Assembly: GCA_963819655.1 (NCBI GenBank)
Contig: CAWFXA010000003.1
Location: 256,001-320,000, forward strand
DNA: 64,000 bases
Direction: 5' to 3'
Source: an uncultured Chloroflexia bacterium
GTDB taxonomy: Bacteria > Chloroflexota > Limnocylindria > Limnocylindrales > CSP1-4
Shown here: one piece after another, positions 36,509 through 46,723 of the stretch
Layout of the letters: every line of letters starts with the position of its first letter
Numbering within the stretch: position 1 is the stretch's first letter
Position numbers and translations under genes: made by a program
The notes under the pieces: generated by a model
What the model was told of the DNA's origin: nothing
Database searches by the model: none
Seen by the model: the letters and a program-made list of their open reading frames with translations, nothing else

Positions 36509-39500
36509 ATGGCCCCCATCGTCGACCAGCCCACGGCCCCGTCGGCCGCCCGCACCGTGACCCGTCCGACTGTCCGTGCCCGGCGGCGCGGCCCCGTCCC
36601 CCTCGAACAGATCCCGGCCTGGGGCGACCTCGTGCCGGTCATGGATCCCGCGCTCGTCGATAGCCGCCCGCCGGACGGGATGGACGCGCTGCTCGGCGGC
36701 CTCGATCCGGACCAGCTCCGCGCGGTGACCCACGGGGAGGGGCCGCTGCTCGTCGTCGCGGGGGCGGGCACCGGCAAGACCCAGGTGATCACCCGGCGGA
36801 TCGCGTGGCTGATCGCGACGAAGCGCGCCAAGCCGTCCGAGATCCTGGCACTCACCTTCACCGACAAGGCCGCCGACGAGATGGCGGTGCGGGTCGACCA
36901 GCTCGTCCCGTACGGCTACACGGACAGCACGATCGCGACGTTCCATGCCTTCGGCGACCGGTTGATCCGCGAGCACGCGCTGGAGCTCGGCCTCCCCCCG
37001 GACGTCCGTGTGCTATCGCGCGCCGAGGCGGTCATCTTCCTGCGGGAGCACCTCTTCGCGTTCGATCTCGACGCCTATCGGCCGCTCGGCGATCCGACGC
37101 GCTTCCTGTCCGCGCTCGTCACGCTGTTCAGTCGCTGCAAGGACGAGGACATCACCCCGGCGACGTACGTGGCCCACGCCGAGCGCATCACCGCCGAGGC
37201 GACGGCCCTCGCCGCAGCGGCCGCCGACCGGGGCGCTGAGGCCGCCGCTGCGGCCGCCCGCGCCGAGGAAGGCCGTCACCAGGAGGAGCTCGCCCGCGCG
37301 TACGCGCGCTACCAGCAGCTGCTCGGCGAGAACGGGTTCATCGACTTCGGCGACCAGGTGGCGCTGGCCCTCCGGCTCGTGCGCGGCTCCGCGGCCGCTC
37401 GGCAGGCCATCGCCGAGCGTTTCCGGTACCTGCTGGTCGACGAGTTCCAGGACACGAACCGCGCCCAGGCGGAGCTCGTCGGGCTGCTGGCCGAGCCGCA
37501 CCGGAACGTGACTGTCGTGGGCGACGACGACCAGGCGATCTACGCATTCCGTGGTGCCGCGATCGACAACATCCTCGACTTCGAGGCGCGCTACCCGGGC
37601 GCCCGGACCGTGGTCCTGCGCCGCAACTACCGCTCGCTCCGCCCGATCCTCGACGCGTCGTACCGGCTCGTGCGTTTCAACGACCCGGACCGGCTCGAGG
37701 CGCGGACGGGCCTCGTCAAGCGGCTCCGGGCACAGCGACGCGAACCTGCCCCGCCGCCGGTCCGTCTCGAGGCCTTCGCGACCGGATCCGAGGAAGCGGA
37801 CTGGATCGCGGCCGACATCGCGCGCCGGATCGCCGGCGGCGCCGACCCGCGTGACCACGCCGTGCTCGTCCGTGCGAACGGCCACGCGGACGCCATCCTG
37901 CGCGCCCTGAACGTCGCCGGCGTGCCGTGGCGGTTCTCCGGGTCGTCCGGGCTGTACGCCAGACCCGAGGTGCGCCTCCTGATGGCGTTCCTGCGCGTTA
38001 TCGCAGACCCGGATTCGAGCGTCGACCTCTACGCGCTCGCCTCGTCCGAGGTGTACGGGCTCGGCGGCGACGACCTGACCTCGATCGTCAACACGGCCCG
38101 CCGGCGCAATCGGCCGGTGATGGAGATCATGGACGAGCTCGAGCGGCAGCCCGGCATCCTGCGGCTGGCACCGACGACGCGGTCGGCCGTCCATCGCCTG
38201 GTCGGCGACGTGAACCGGTTCGCGGCGATGGCGCACGAGCGACCGGCCGGCGAGGTGCTCTACGCGTTCCTGCGCGACAGCGGTCTGCTGGCACGGCTGG
38301 CGGCGACCGCGTCCGCCGCGGCGGACGAGGGGCTCGGCAACATCGCCCGTTTCTTCGACCTCATCCGCGCCCAGTCCGTGCTCCTGGCGGACGACCGCGC
38401 GATGTTCGTGGCCCAGCACCTGCAGACGCTGATCGAAGCCGGCGACGATCCGGCCACGGCCGACCTCGACCCGGATGCCGATGCGGTGGCCGTGCTCACG
38501 GTCCACAAGGCCAAGGGCCTGGAGTTCCCAGTCGTGTACCTGCCGGGCCTCGTCGCCGGGCGCTTCCCGGGTAACGGTCGGGGCGACCCCCTGGCACTGC
38601 CGGCCGGCCTCGGCCGGGGAGAGCCGATGACGCCGGAACGTGGTCTGGCGGAGGAGCGCCGCCTCTGCTACGTCGCGATGACCCGGGCACGCGACGAGCT
38701 GGTGTTGACCCATGCGGCCGACTACGGCGGCGCACGGGCGAGACGGATCTCGCCGTTCGTCCTGGAAGCGTTGGACCTGCCCGTGTCTGCCGGGACGCCA
38801 GGCGTCGGGGTCGTGCCACCGTCCGCAGAGGAGCGCCTGGCCGGGTTCGCGGGGGTCGATGCGCCGGCCGTGCCGCAACGCCGTGAGGGGCACGAGCCCC
38901 TGATGCTGAGCTTCGGGCAGGTCGACGCCTACCTGACCTGTCCGCTCCGCTACAAGTACGCCCACGTGCTGCGGGTCCCGATCGCGCCGCATCACGCTCT
39001 CGTTTACGGTGCTGCGCTGCACAAGGCCGTCCAGCTCTTCCATCACCGGCATGCGCGTGGCCACGTGATGACCGAGGCGGAGCTTGACGAGGTGCTGGCC
39101 TCGGCGTGGACGAACGAGGGGTTCGTCAGCCGGGAGCACGAGGAGGCTCGGTTCGAGGCGGCGAAGTCGGCCCTGCACCGGTTCCGCGAGGAGCAGCTCG
39201 TGCCTGACGCGATCGTGCCGACGTACGTCGAGCGCGAGTTCGCGTTCGACCTCGACGGCGACCGCATCCGCGGCCGCTGGGACCGCGTCGACATCCAGCC
39301 AGTGGCCGCCGCCGACACCCCCGCGGCCCCCGCCGCCGCGGCCCCGGAGCACCCGTCCGCGGACGTCGTGACGCCGACGCTCGGGATCATGGGCCGGGAG
39401 CACGTGACGATCACCGACTACAAGTCGTCGGACGTGCGCGATCCGGCGAAGGCGCGCCAGCGGGCGCGCGAATCCCTGCAGCTCCAGATCTACGCCATGG

Positions 39501-39736
39501 GGTACGAGGCGATGACGGGCCGGCTGCCCGACCAGGTCGCGTTGCACTTCCTGGACTCGGGGCTGGTCGGTCGGGTCGATGTGGATCCCCGACGGATCGC
39601 CAAGGCACGCGGCCAGATCGCGACCGCGGCGGCAGGCATCCGCGCCGGCCAGTTCGATGCCACGCCGGACCCGATGGCGTGCTCGTGGTGCCCGTTCCGC
39701 GACATCTGCCCGTCGAGCGCCGCCACGACCCGCTGA
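36509..39736 (+). CDS. UvrD/PcrA-like SF1 helicase fused to a PD-(D/E)XK nuclease with Fe-S cysteines (AdnB/AddA-like)
   Basis: 'AGAGTGKT', 'VDEFQD', 'VGDDDQAIYAFRGA', 'NYRS', 'TVHKAKGLEF', 'YVAMTRA'; nuclease 'YLTCP', 'RGRWDRVD', 'DYKS', 'QLQIY', 'CSWCPFRDIC'. Start uncertain. Confidence 0.93.
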   Translation: MAPIVDQPTAPSAARTVTRPTVRARRRGPVPLEQIPAWGDLVPVMDPALVDSRPPDGMDALLGGLDPDQLRAVTHGEGPLLVVAGAGTGKTQVITRRIAWLIATKRAKPSEILALTFTDKAADEMAVRVDQLVPYGYTDSTIATFHAFGDRLIREHALELGLPPDVRVLSRAEAVIFLREHLFAFDLDAYRPLGDPTRFLSALVTLFSRCKDEDITPATYVAHAERITAEATALAAAAADRGAEAAAAAARAEEGRHQEELARAYARYQQLLGENGFIDFGDQVALALRLVRGSAAARQAIAERFRYLLVDEFQDTNRAQAELVGLLAEPHRNVTVVGDDDQAIYAFRGAAIDNILDFEARYPGARTVVLRRNYRSLRPILDASYRLVRFNDPDRLEARTGLVKRLRAQRREPAPPPVRLEAFATGSEEADWIAADIARRIAGGADPRDHAVLVRANGHADAILRALNVAGVPWRFSGSSGLYARPEVRLLMAFLRVIADPDSSVDLYALASSEVYGLGGDDLTSIVNTARRRNRPVMEIMDELERQPGILRLAPTTRSAVHRLVGDVNRFAAMAHERPAGEVLYAFLRDSGLLARLAATASAAADEGLGNIARFFDLIRAQSVLLADDRAMFVAQHLQTLIEAGDDPATADLDPDADAVAVLTVHKAKGLEFPVVYLPGLVAGRFPGNGRGDPLALPAGLGRGEPMTPERGLAEERRLCYVAMTRARDELVLTHAADYGGARARRISPFVLEALDLPVSAGTPGVGVVPPSAEERLAGFAGVDAPAVPQRREGHEPLMLSFGQVDAYLTCPLRYKYAHVLRVPIAPHHALVYGAALHKAVQLFHHRHARGHVMTEAELDEVLASAWTNEGFVSREHEEARFEAAKSALHRFREEQLVPDAIVPTYVEREFAFDLDGDRIRGRWDRVDIQPVAAADTPAAPAAAAPEHPSADVVTPTLGIMGREHVTITDYKSSDVRDPAKARQRARESLQLQIYAMGYEAMTGRLPDQVALHFLDSGLVGRVDVDPRRIAKARGQIATAAAGIRAGQFDATPDPMACSWCPFRDICPSSAATTR

Positions 39737-39766
39737 CAGGCAACCCTGGCCCTAGACTCGGGGCGC

Positions 39767-40141
39767 ATGGAAGCGCGCGATCGGCTCCTCAGCCTGGCGA
39801 CCTTCGCGGCCGCCGTGGTCGTGTGGGTGCTGGTCGCGCTGATCGTCACGACCCGGGATCCCGTGGCGGAGCCGCTGGCCGGGTTCATCGGCGCGGCGCT
39901 CATCGGTCTCGCGGTGGGCCTGACCGCGACGCCGATCGCCTGGTTGCTGGTCTTCGCTCGCCACCGGCGGATCGCCTATCGCGGGGACTGGATCCGTGCC
40001 GCCCGGCGGGGCGGCTGGGTCGGGCTCATCGTCGCGGTCTTCATCGTGCTGCGGCTGCAGGGAGCGCTCGAGCTTCCGATCGCGCTGTTCATCCTGGCGC
40101 TCGCGGCGGTGGCGGAGGCGACGCTCTCGGCGGAACGCTGA
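39767..40141 (+). CDS. Hypothetical four-TM membrane protein
   Basis: Four hydrophobic helices, 'AARRGG'; TAGACT 8 nt before the ATG. Confidence 0.78.
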   Translation: MEARDRLLSLATFAAAVVVWVLVALIVTTRDPVAEPLAGFIGAALIGLAVGLTATPIAWLLVFARHRRIAYRGDWIRAARRGGWVGLIVAVFIVLRLQGALELPIALFILALAAVAEATLSAER

Positions 40142-40219
40142 GCACGGTCCGTCCCGCGGCTCTACCATCCGCCGCGGACCCGCCCAGAAGGTCCGATCCA
40201 TGCCAGCTCTGGAGGATCC

Positions 40220-41422
40220 GTGCCGCAACGTACCGCCATCCGCCCCGCCGAACCGTTCACCGACGTCAAGGGTCGCGTCGCCGCCGCCGTCGAGGCGGCC
40301 CGCGACGAGATCATCGACCTGTCACATCGGATCCATGCGAATCCCGAGCCCGCGTTCGAGGAGATCCAGGCCGCGACGTGGGTCGCCGAGGCACTGCGGG
40401 CCCACGGGTTCACGGTCGAACACCCGGCGGGCAGCCTCGCCACGGCGATCCGTGCCGTGCGCCGCGGCGGTCATGGGGGCGACGGTCCTCGGATCGGGAT
40501 CCTCGCCGAGTACGACGCACTGCCCGGTCTCGGCCATGGCTGCGGCCACAACACGATGGCGGCTTCGGGCGTCGGGGCTGCCATCGCCCTGGCGGCCATC
40601 GCCGACGAGCTCCCGGGCGAGATCGTGTTCCTCGGCACGCCCGCTGAGGAGCGGGGGAGTGGCAAGCAGATCATGATCGACGACGGGCTGTTCGCCGGGA
40701 TCGACGCCGCTCTGCTCTACCACCCGTGCGACCGGAGTCACGTCGAGAGCCATCCGCTCGCCTCGGAAGATGTCGACGTTGCTTTCACGGGGCTGCAGGC
40801 CCACGCCGCCTCCGATCCATGGAAGGGCAAGAACGCGCTCGACGCGATGATCCAGCTGTTCTCGTCGGTCGGGCTGTGGCGGCAGCAGCTTCGACCGACG
40901 GCACGCGTTCACGGGATCATCCGCGAAGGCGGCACGGCCGCGAACATCATCCCGGACCGCACGTCGGCGTGGTTCATGCTCCGCAGCGACGACCAGGACT
41001 CCTATGAGCAGATGAAGGCGCAGTTCAGCAGGATGGCGGAGGCGGCTGCCCTCGCGACCGGGACGACCGTCGAGGTGACGTACTCAGGCGGCGCCACGAC
41101 CATGCGCAACAACCTGGCTTTGGCCGAGCGCTTCCGGGCCAACATGGCCGCGTACGGCATCGAGGACATGGGCGACGACCCGAACGCGGGCAGCACCGAC
41201 ATGGCCAACGTCAGCTGGGTCTGCCCCGCGATCCACCCGGACCTCGCCATCTGCGACGAGGGTGTCGCGGGCCATTCGACGGCGTTCCGCGATGCGGCCG
41301 CGACGCCGCGCGCCGACGAGACGACGCTCATGGCGGCCACGCTGATCGCGCAGACGGCCGTCGACCTGTACCTCGACCCGGCGCTGGTCGAGGCCGCATG
41401 GAAGGAGTTCCGGGCCGGTTGA
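40220..41422 (+). CDS. M20 family amidohydrolase (ACY1L2/AbgB-like)
   Basis: 'IHANPEPAFEE', 'EYDALP', 'GHGCGHN', 'GTPAEE', 'GSTDMANVS'. Confidence 0.93.
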   Translation: MPQRTAIRPAEPFTDVKGRVAAAVEAARDEIIDLSHRIHANPEPAFEEIQAATWVAEALRAHGFTVEHPAGSLATAIRAVRRGGHGGDGPRIGILAEYDALPGLGHGCGHNTMAASGVGAAIALAAIADELPGEIVFLGTPAEERGSGKQIMIDDGLFAGIDAALLYHPCDRSHVESHPLASEDVDVAFTGLQAHAASDPWKGKNALDAMIQLFSSVGLWRQQLRPTARVHGIIREGGTAANIIPDRTSAWFMLRSDDQDSYEQMKAQFSRMAEAAALATGTTVEVTYSGGATTMRNNLALAERFRANMAAYGIEDMGDDPNAGSTDMANVSWVCPAIHPDLAICDEGVAGHSTAFRDAAATPRADETTLMAATLIAQTAVDLYLDPALVEAAWKEFRAG

Positions 41423-41449
41423 GCAGGGGCCGGGGTGTACCATCGCCCC

Positions 41450-41556
41450 GGCGCGCCCCGCTGGACGCCGGATCGCGAACCGGCGGCGCCCCGGATCGAG
41501 ACGGATTCCCGCACGTGGCCGGGAACACCCGGCCACCTCCGTCTCCGGAGGATCAC
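41450..41556 (+). promoter_or_regulatory. Structured 5' leader with mutually exclusive anti-SD and anti-anti-SD helices
   Basis: TACCAT at 41438-41443. GAGACGGA(41498-41505)/TCCGTCTC(41538-41545) competes with CCTCCG(41536-41541)/CGGAGG(41546-41551); inner 9-bp stem 41515-41536. Confidence 0.5.
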
Positions 41557-42615
41557 GTGGCAGAGCGCCCCCACGACCCCGATTTCGCCGTCCTGAACGG
41601 CTGGGACGCGGAGTACGAGACCTACGCCGATTACGACCTGCCGACGTACGTCGGTGCGGTCAGCTTCATGAAGTTGCCGTGGGTGACCGATGCCGACGAG
41701 CTCCGCGCCCGCAAGCCGGATGTCGCGATCATCGGTGCGCCGTTCGACGATGCGGTGAGCCACCGCTCGGGTGCCCGGTTCGGGCCGCGGGCGATCCGCC
41801 AGGCGCAATACACGTCCGGCTCGGTCAACTCGCTCCAGCTCGACGTCGAGCCGTTCGAGATCCTCGACGTCGTCGATGCCGGCGACGCCAACATCATCCC
41901 GGCGTGGATCGAGCGGGCGCACGCGCTGATCTATCGGAAGGTGCGCGAGGTCGCCGAGACCGGGGCGATCCCGATCATCCTCGGCGGTGACCACTCGATC
42001 ACCTGGCCGTCCGCATCGGCGGTTGCGGAGGTGCGCCGGCCGGGCAGCATCGGCATCGTCCATTTCGACGCCCACGCCGACACGGCGAACGACGACTGGG
42101 GCGTCCTCGCCGGTCATGGCACCCCGATGCGCCGCCTGATCGAATCGGGCGCAGTCGATGGCCGCAACTTCGTCCAGGTCGGATTGCGCGGCTATTGGCC
42201 ACCCGTCGAGACCTTCGCGTGGATGAAGGAGAAGGGCCTGCGCTACCACTTCATGCGCGAGATCGAGGAGCGCGGCGCCGAGGCGGTCGTCGCCCAGGCC
42301 ATCGACGAGGCGCTCGACGGGCCCGACAGCATCTACCTCAGCCTCGACATCGACGTGATCGACCCGGGTCTGGCGCCCGGCACCGGCACCCCCGAACCGG
42401 GCGGGATGCTGACCCGCGAGGTCCTGCGAGCGGTCCGCCAGATCGTCGGTGCGGTCGAGCTGGCCGGGATGGACGTCGTCGAGGTGTCGCCGCCGTACGA
42501 CCACGCTGAGACGACGGCGATGGCTGCGAACCGCGCGGCGCTCGAGGCGATCAGCGCTCTGGCCGTACGCAAGGCCGCTGGCGGGACGGTGCGCTGGGAG
42601 CCGGCAGCGGGTTGA
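41557..42615 (+). CDS. speB: Agmatinase / ureohydrolase family protein
   Basis: 'GARFGPRAIR', 'GGDHS', 'FDAHAD', 'HGTP', 'SLDIDVIDP', 'PGTGTPEPGG', 'EVSPPYD'. Exact substrate not certain. Confidence 0.9.
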   Translation: MAERPHDPDFAVLNGWDAEYETYADYDLPTYVGAVSFMKLPWVTDADELRARKPDVAIIGAPFDDAVSHRSGARFGPRAIRQAQYTSGSVNSLQLDVEPFEILDVVDAGDANIIPAWIERAHALIYRKVREVAETGAIPIILGGDHSITWPSASAVAEVRRPGSIGIVHFDAHADTANDDWGVLAGHGTPMRRLIESGAVDGRNFVQVGLRGYWPPVETFAWMKEKGLRYHFMREIEERGAEAVVAQAIDEALDGPDSIYLSLDIDVIDPGLAPGTGTPEPGGMLTREVLRAVRQIVGAVELAGMDVVEVSPPYDHAETTAMAANRAALEAISALAVRKAAGGTVRWEPAAG

Positions 42616-43400
42616 TCCCACCGGCGGATCCCGCCACCGCGAGCGCGCTTGCGCGCCTGTACGACCTCGACCTGCAGGACGATCCGGGCGATCTCGACCT
42701 GTACCGCGCGCTGGCCGACCGAGCCGGTGGACCCGTCCTCGAGCTGGCGGTGGGCAGCGGCCGGCTCGCCGTCCCGCTCGCCGTGGCGGGCCACCGGGTG
42801 ACCGGCGTCGACCTCGACCCGGCGATGCTGCGACGGGCCCGTGATCGGGCCACGGCCGCGGGCCTCGCGAGTGAGCGGCTCGAGCTGGTCGAGGCCGACC
42901 TGCTGGACGTCCGGCTGCCCGATGCAGGTGGCTACGCCTTCGCCTTCATCGCGCTCAATTCGCTGATGCTGCTGCCCACCCGCGCTGCCCAACGCCAGGC
43001 CATCCAGACGCTCGCCGACAACCTCGCACCGGGCGGGCTCGGCGCGGTCGACGTGTGGCTGCCCGATGGCGACGACCTGGGCCGGTACGACGGTCGCCTC
43101 ATCCTCGAGTGGATCCGCCCAGAACCCGCGACCGGCGCCCTCGTGACGAAGTCCGGCTCCGCCATCCACGACGCGGCGAGCGGGACGATCGCGCTGACCT
43201 CGATCTTCGACGAGTCCAGCCAGGGCGGGCCGACGACGCGCTGGATCCGTCAGGACCACCTGCGCCTCGTGTCCGCCGACGAGCTGCGCGCCTTTGCCGA
43301 GGAGGCCGGGCTCCGGGTGGAGCTGGTCGCGGGTGGCTACGACCTCGGGCCGATCGGTCCCGGCGCTGAGCGCGCGGTCCTCATCGCCGAACGGGCCTGA
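42612..43400 (+). CDS. Class I SAM-dependent methyltransferase
   Basis: 'VLELAVGSGR', 'VTGVDLDPAML', 'LAPGG'; TTGA overlap with the previous gene. Confidence 0.9.
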   Translation: MIPPADPATASALARLYDLDLQDDPGDLDLYRALADRAGGPVLELAVGSGRLAVPLAVAGHRVTGVDLDPAMLRRARDRATAAGLASERLELVEADLLDVRLPDAGGYAFAFIALNSLMLLPTRAAQRQAIQTLADNLAPGGLGAVDVWLPDGDDLGRYDGRLILEWIRPEPATGALVTKSGSAIHDAASGTIALTSIFDESSQGGPTTRWIRQDHLRLVSADELRAFAEEAGLRVELVAGGYDLGPIGPGAERAVLIAERA

Positions 43401-43456
43401 TCCGGCCGCTCTCCCACTCGGGCCGCGTGCGTGGCCCCGTGGTATCGTCGAGGCCC

Positions 43457-44617
43457 ATGTCGAGCGGCTCGAGCAGCGACCAGACGCGCCTCCTGATCGT
43501 GGAGGACGTGCCCCAGGTCGCCCAGTACATCCGCGGTCTGCTGAACGCCCAACAGGCGGTCAAGCTGCTTGACGTGCTCACCGACGGCGGGCGGGCCGTC
43601 GAGCAGATCGGCCAGCTCCGACCCGACGTCGTGATGGTCGATGCGCTTTTGCAGGGCCGGCTCAAGGGCCCCAAGCTCGTCGAGCAGATCCACGCGGCCG
43701 GACTTAACGTGCCGGTCATCGTGTTGACCGTGCCGCAGAACCCGGTCGAGGTGGATCCCGCGAAGGGCGTCCACGCGGTGCTGTCGATGCCGTTCTCGGG
43801 CTTCGAGCTCATGAACAAGGTCGCCGGCGTGCGCAAGGCTCACGCACTGGCGTCACCGGTGGGAGTGACCCGTATCACCTCGGTCTTCGCGCCGAAGGGC
43901 GGCGTGGGCAAGACGACCATCGCGTTCAACCTCGCCGTCGCCATGGCTCAGCTCGAGCAGCGCACGGTGCTCATCGATGGCAGCGTGCAGTTCGGCGACC
44001 TTCGCTCGCTGCTCAAGGTGCCAGGGGACGCACCGTCGATCCTCGACCTGCCGACCGACCGGATCGCCGAGTCGGACCTGACCGACGTGCTGTGGCGCGA
44101 CCCATCGGGCATCGACATCCTGCTCGCGCCGCCGCGCATCGAGATGGCCGAGATGATCACGACACGTGACATCGACAAGGTCCTGTCGCTGCTGCGGCGC
44201 GTCTACAGCTCGATCGTGATCGACATGTCGAGCGTGATCAATGACATCAATCTTGGCTTCCTCGACGCGAGCGACACGATCATCGAGATCGTCACGTACG
44301 ACTCGACCACGATCCACAACACGATCGCGATGGCCGACACGTTCCGCTCGATCGGCTACCCGGCGTCGAAGGTGCGTTACCTCGTCAACCGAGCGGACAG
44401 CTCGGGAGGCATCGATCCCGAGGACCTCCACCGGGCGCTCGGGCGCATCCCGGAGCACCGTGTCAACTCGGACGGGCAGCTGGTCGTGCGCTCCAACAAC
44501 GAGGGCGTGCCGTTCATCCTGGCCAACCCCTCGGCGCCGGTCAGCCAGGACATCATGCGCCTGGCGTCGGAGCTGCTCGGCGCGGCCCGCGTTCCCGTGG
44601 CCGCCGGGCGCCGCTAG
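43457..44617 (+). CDS. Receiver-like domain plus MinD/ParA ATPase (CpaE/TadZ-like)
   Basis: 'LLIVED', 'PDVVMVD'; deviant Walker A 'PKGGVGKTT', 'QFGD', 'VIDM', 'LVNR', 'NEGVP'. Confidence 0.88.
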   Translation: MSSGSSSDQTRLLIVEDVPQVAQYIRGLLNAQQAVKLLDVLTDGGRAVEQIGQLRPDVVMVDALLQGRLKGPKLVEQIHAAGLNVPVIVLTVPQNPVEVDPAKGVHAVLSMPFSGFELMNKVAGVRKAHALASPVGVTRITSVFAPKGGVGKTTIAFNLAVAMAQLEQRTVLIDGSVQFGDLRSLLKVPGDAPSILDLPTDRIAESDLTDVLWRDPSGIDILLAPPRIEMAEMITTRDIDKVLSLLRRVYSSIVIDMSSVINDINLGFLDASDTIIEIVTYDSTTIHNTIAMADTFRSIGYPASKVRYLVNRADSSGGIDPEDLHRALGRIPEHRVNSDGQLVVRSNNEGVPFILANPSAPVSQDIMRLASELLGAARVPVAAGRR

Positions 44618-44626
44618 GCCGAGGCT

Positions 44627-45503
44627 GTGACGGATCCGCGACCCATCGGTGTCTTCGATTCCGGCGTCGGTGGCCTGACGGTCCTGCGCGAGATCATCCG
44701 CCGCACGCCGGGCGAGTCGACGGTCTATCTCGGGGACAACGACCGTGCGCCGTACGGCGTGCGCTCCGACGAAGAGGTCCTCGCGTTCTCGACAGAGTCG
44801 CTGGACGCGCTCGCGGAGCGCGACGTCAAGGCGCTGGTCGTGGCGTGCAACACCTCGACGGCCGTCGGTCTGGGCGCGTTCCGCCGTCGGTACGACCTGC
44901 CCGTGCTCGGGGTGATCCGGCCGGGTGCGGCCGCGACCGCGCTCGCAACACGCAATCGACGAGTCGGTGTGATCGCGACGCCGGCCACGATCCGGTCGCA
45001 CGCGTATTTCAACGCGATCAAGGACGAGAACCCGGCGGTCGAGGTGTACGAGCACGCCACGCCTGCACTCGTGCCACTCGTCGAATTCGGGGGAGTTGAG
45101 CGGTCCGCTGGCGGAGGCGACCGTGGCGGAGGCCCTGGCGCCTCTCGTCGGCGAGCGGGACGCCAACGGCGAGTCGATATTCCCGCGCCCGCCCGGGGCC
45201 GCGATCGACACCTTGCTGCTCGGCTGCACCCATTACCCGCTGATCCGCCCGCTGATCGCCGCGCTGGCCGGCGACCAGGTGGCGATCGTCGACTCCGCGA
45301 CGGCCACAGCCTCCGCGCTCGCCGAGCTCCTCAGCGTCAACGGGCTGGAGGCGCACGCGGACGGAGCTCGCGTCGACGGCTCGCCGGCCCATGTGCAACT
45401 GACGACCGGCGACCCGGGGCGGTTCGCGGCCGTGGCGCGGCCCTTGTTCGGCCCTGACTTCGTGTCCGTCGAGGCGATCGAGCTCGGGGCACTCGCCCGA
45501 TGA
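44627..45503 (+). pseudogene. murI: Glutamate racemase, one frameshift near 45089-45093 (likely sequencing error)
   Basis: 'IGVFDSGVGGLTV', 'PYG', 'VACNT' in the first frame; 'LLGCTHYP', 'IVDS' in the second; the junction is a G5 run. Confidence 0.9.
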
Positions 45504-46723
45504 CGAAGCGCCGGAGCGAGTCGACGTGGCGCGATGACCGCGCCTGGCAGGCCGGCATCCTGATCGGCTCGGCGCTCGGCGCGGCCGCGACCGTGGTCGG
45601 GCGCCACATGGAGCGGCGAGCACGGGAAGGGCTCGTCGACTGGGCGGCCGTCGAGCGGCTGGCGATCGGACGGCTCGACCAGGCGCCGGGCGCCCTGACC
45701 CCCGAGGAGCTGCGCGCGGTCGAGCCCGACTACGCCGCGGCGATGGCGCGCATCGTGCCCGCGTTGTCGGCCGCTCTCGGGACGCAGTTGCCCGGCGTTG
45801 TCGAGCGCTCGGGCGTGGTCGACCGGGCCGGCTGGGTCCGCGCCAACACGGCGTCGTTCGCCTCCCTGATCGGCAAGCTCGAGCACGATCTACTCGACCA
45901 GGTCATGCCACCGGGTGGCGGCCTGACCGCGGCCGCGATGGCGCTCGCCAACCGCTGGCTGACCACCCGCCAGCTCGGAGTGCTGCTCGGGTTCATGGGC
46001 CAGCGCGTGCTTGGCCAGTACGACCTCGCCCTCCTGTCGGCGGAGGCCGCGCCCGGCCGGCTGCTGTTCGTCGAGGAGAACATCCGCCAGACGGCCAAGG
46101 CGCTGGGCGTGCCGGTCGAGTCGTTCCGGACCTGGATCGCCCTTCACGAGACGACCCACGCCTTCGAGTTCGAGGCGCATCCGTGGCTGCGGCCGTATCT
46201 CGCGTCGCGTCTCGAGCGCCAGCTGACGCTATTCGGCAACGACGTCCGGGGCATGGGCCGCGAGGCCATCCGCGGGCTCGGCCGGGCGCTCCGCGGCGAG
46301 GGCGGTGGTGAGCATTGGATGGAGCGCCTGATGGGCACCGAGCAGCGCGCCCTGTTCCGCGAGACGCAGGCCGTCATGAGCCTGCTCGAGGGCTTCAGCG
46401 ACTACGTGATGGATGAGGTCGGCCACGACCTCGTGCCGGACGTCGAGCGCATCCGCGCGAGGTTCGACGAGCGGCGCGCGAAGCGCACTCCGTTCGAGCG
46501 AGCGATGCTTCGGCTGACCGGCATGGACCTCAAGCTCGAGCAGTACAAGAAGGGCGAGCGGTTCGTGCGGGCGATCGCCGCCGCGCGCGGCCCCGAGGCG
46601 CTCTCCCAGCTGTGGGGCGGACCGGAGACCCTGCCGCGCGACGGGGAGATCGAGGCGCCGGAGGGCTGGATCGCGCGGGTCCTCGACGGCTCACCGACGC
46701 CGGTCGCCGGTACGTCATCGTGA
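45500..46723 (+). CDS. Zinc-dependent metalloprotease (Zincin_2 / DUF2342 type)
   Basis: 'RVLGQYD', 'WIALHETTH' (HExxH), '[10 protein letters not shown]', 'KLEQY..GERF'. Confidence 0.9.
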   Translation: MTKRRSESTWRDDRAWQAGILIGSALGAAATVVGRHMERRAREGLVDWAAVERLAIGRLDQAPGALTPEELRAVEPDYAAAMARIVPALSAALGTQLPGVVERSGVVDRAGWVRANTASFASLIGKLEHDLLDQVMPPGGGLTAAAMALANRWLTTRQLGVLLGFMGQRVLGQYDLALLSAEAAPGRLLFVEENIRQTAKALGVPVESFRTWIALHETTHAFEFEAHPWLRPYLASRLERQLTLFGNDVRGMGREAIRGLGRALRGEGGGEHWMERLMGTEQRALFRETQAVMSLLEGFSDYVMDEVGHDLVPDVERIRARFDERRAKRTPFERAMLRLTGMDLKLEQYKKGERFVRAIAAARGPEALSQLWGGPETLPRDGEIEAPEGWIARVLDGSPTPVAGTSS

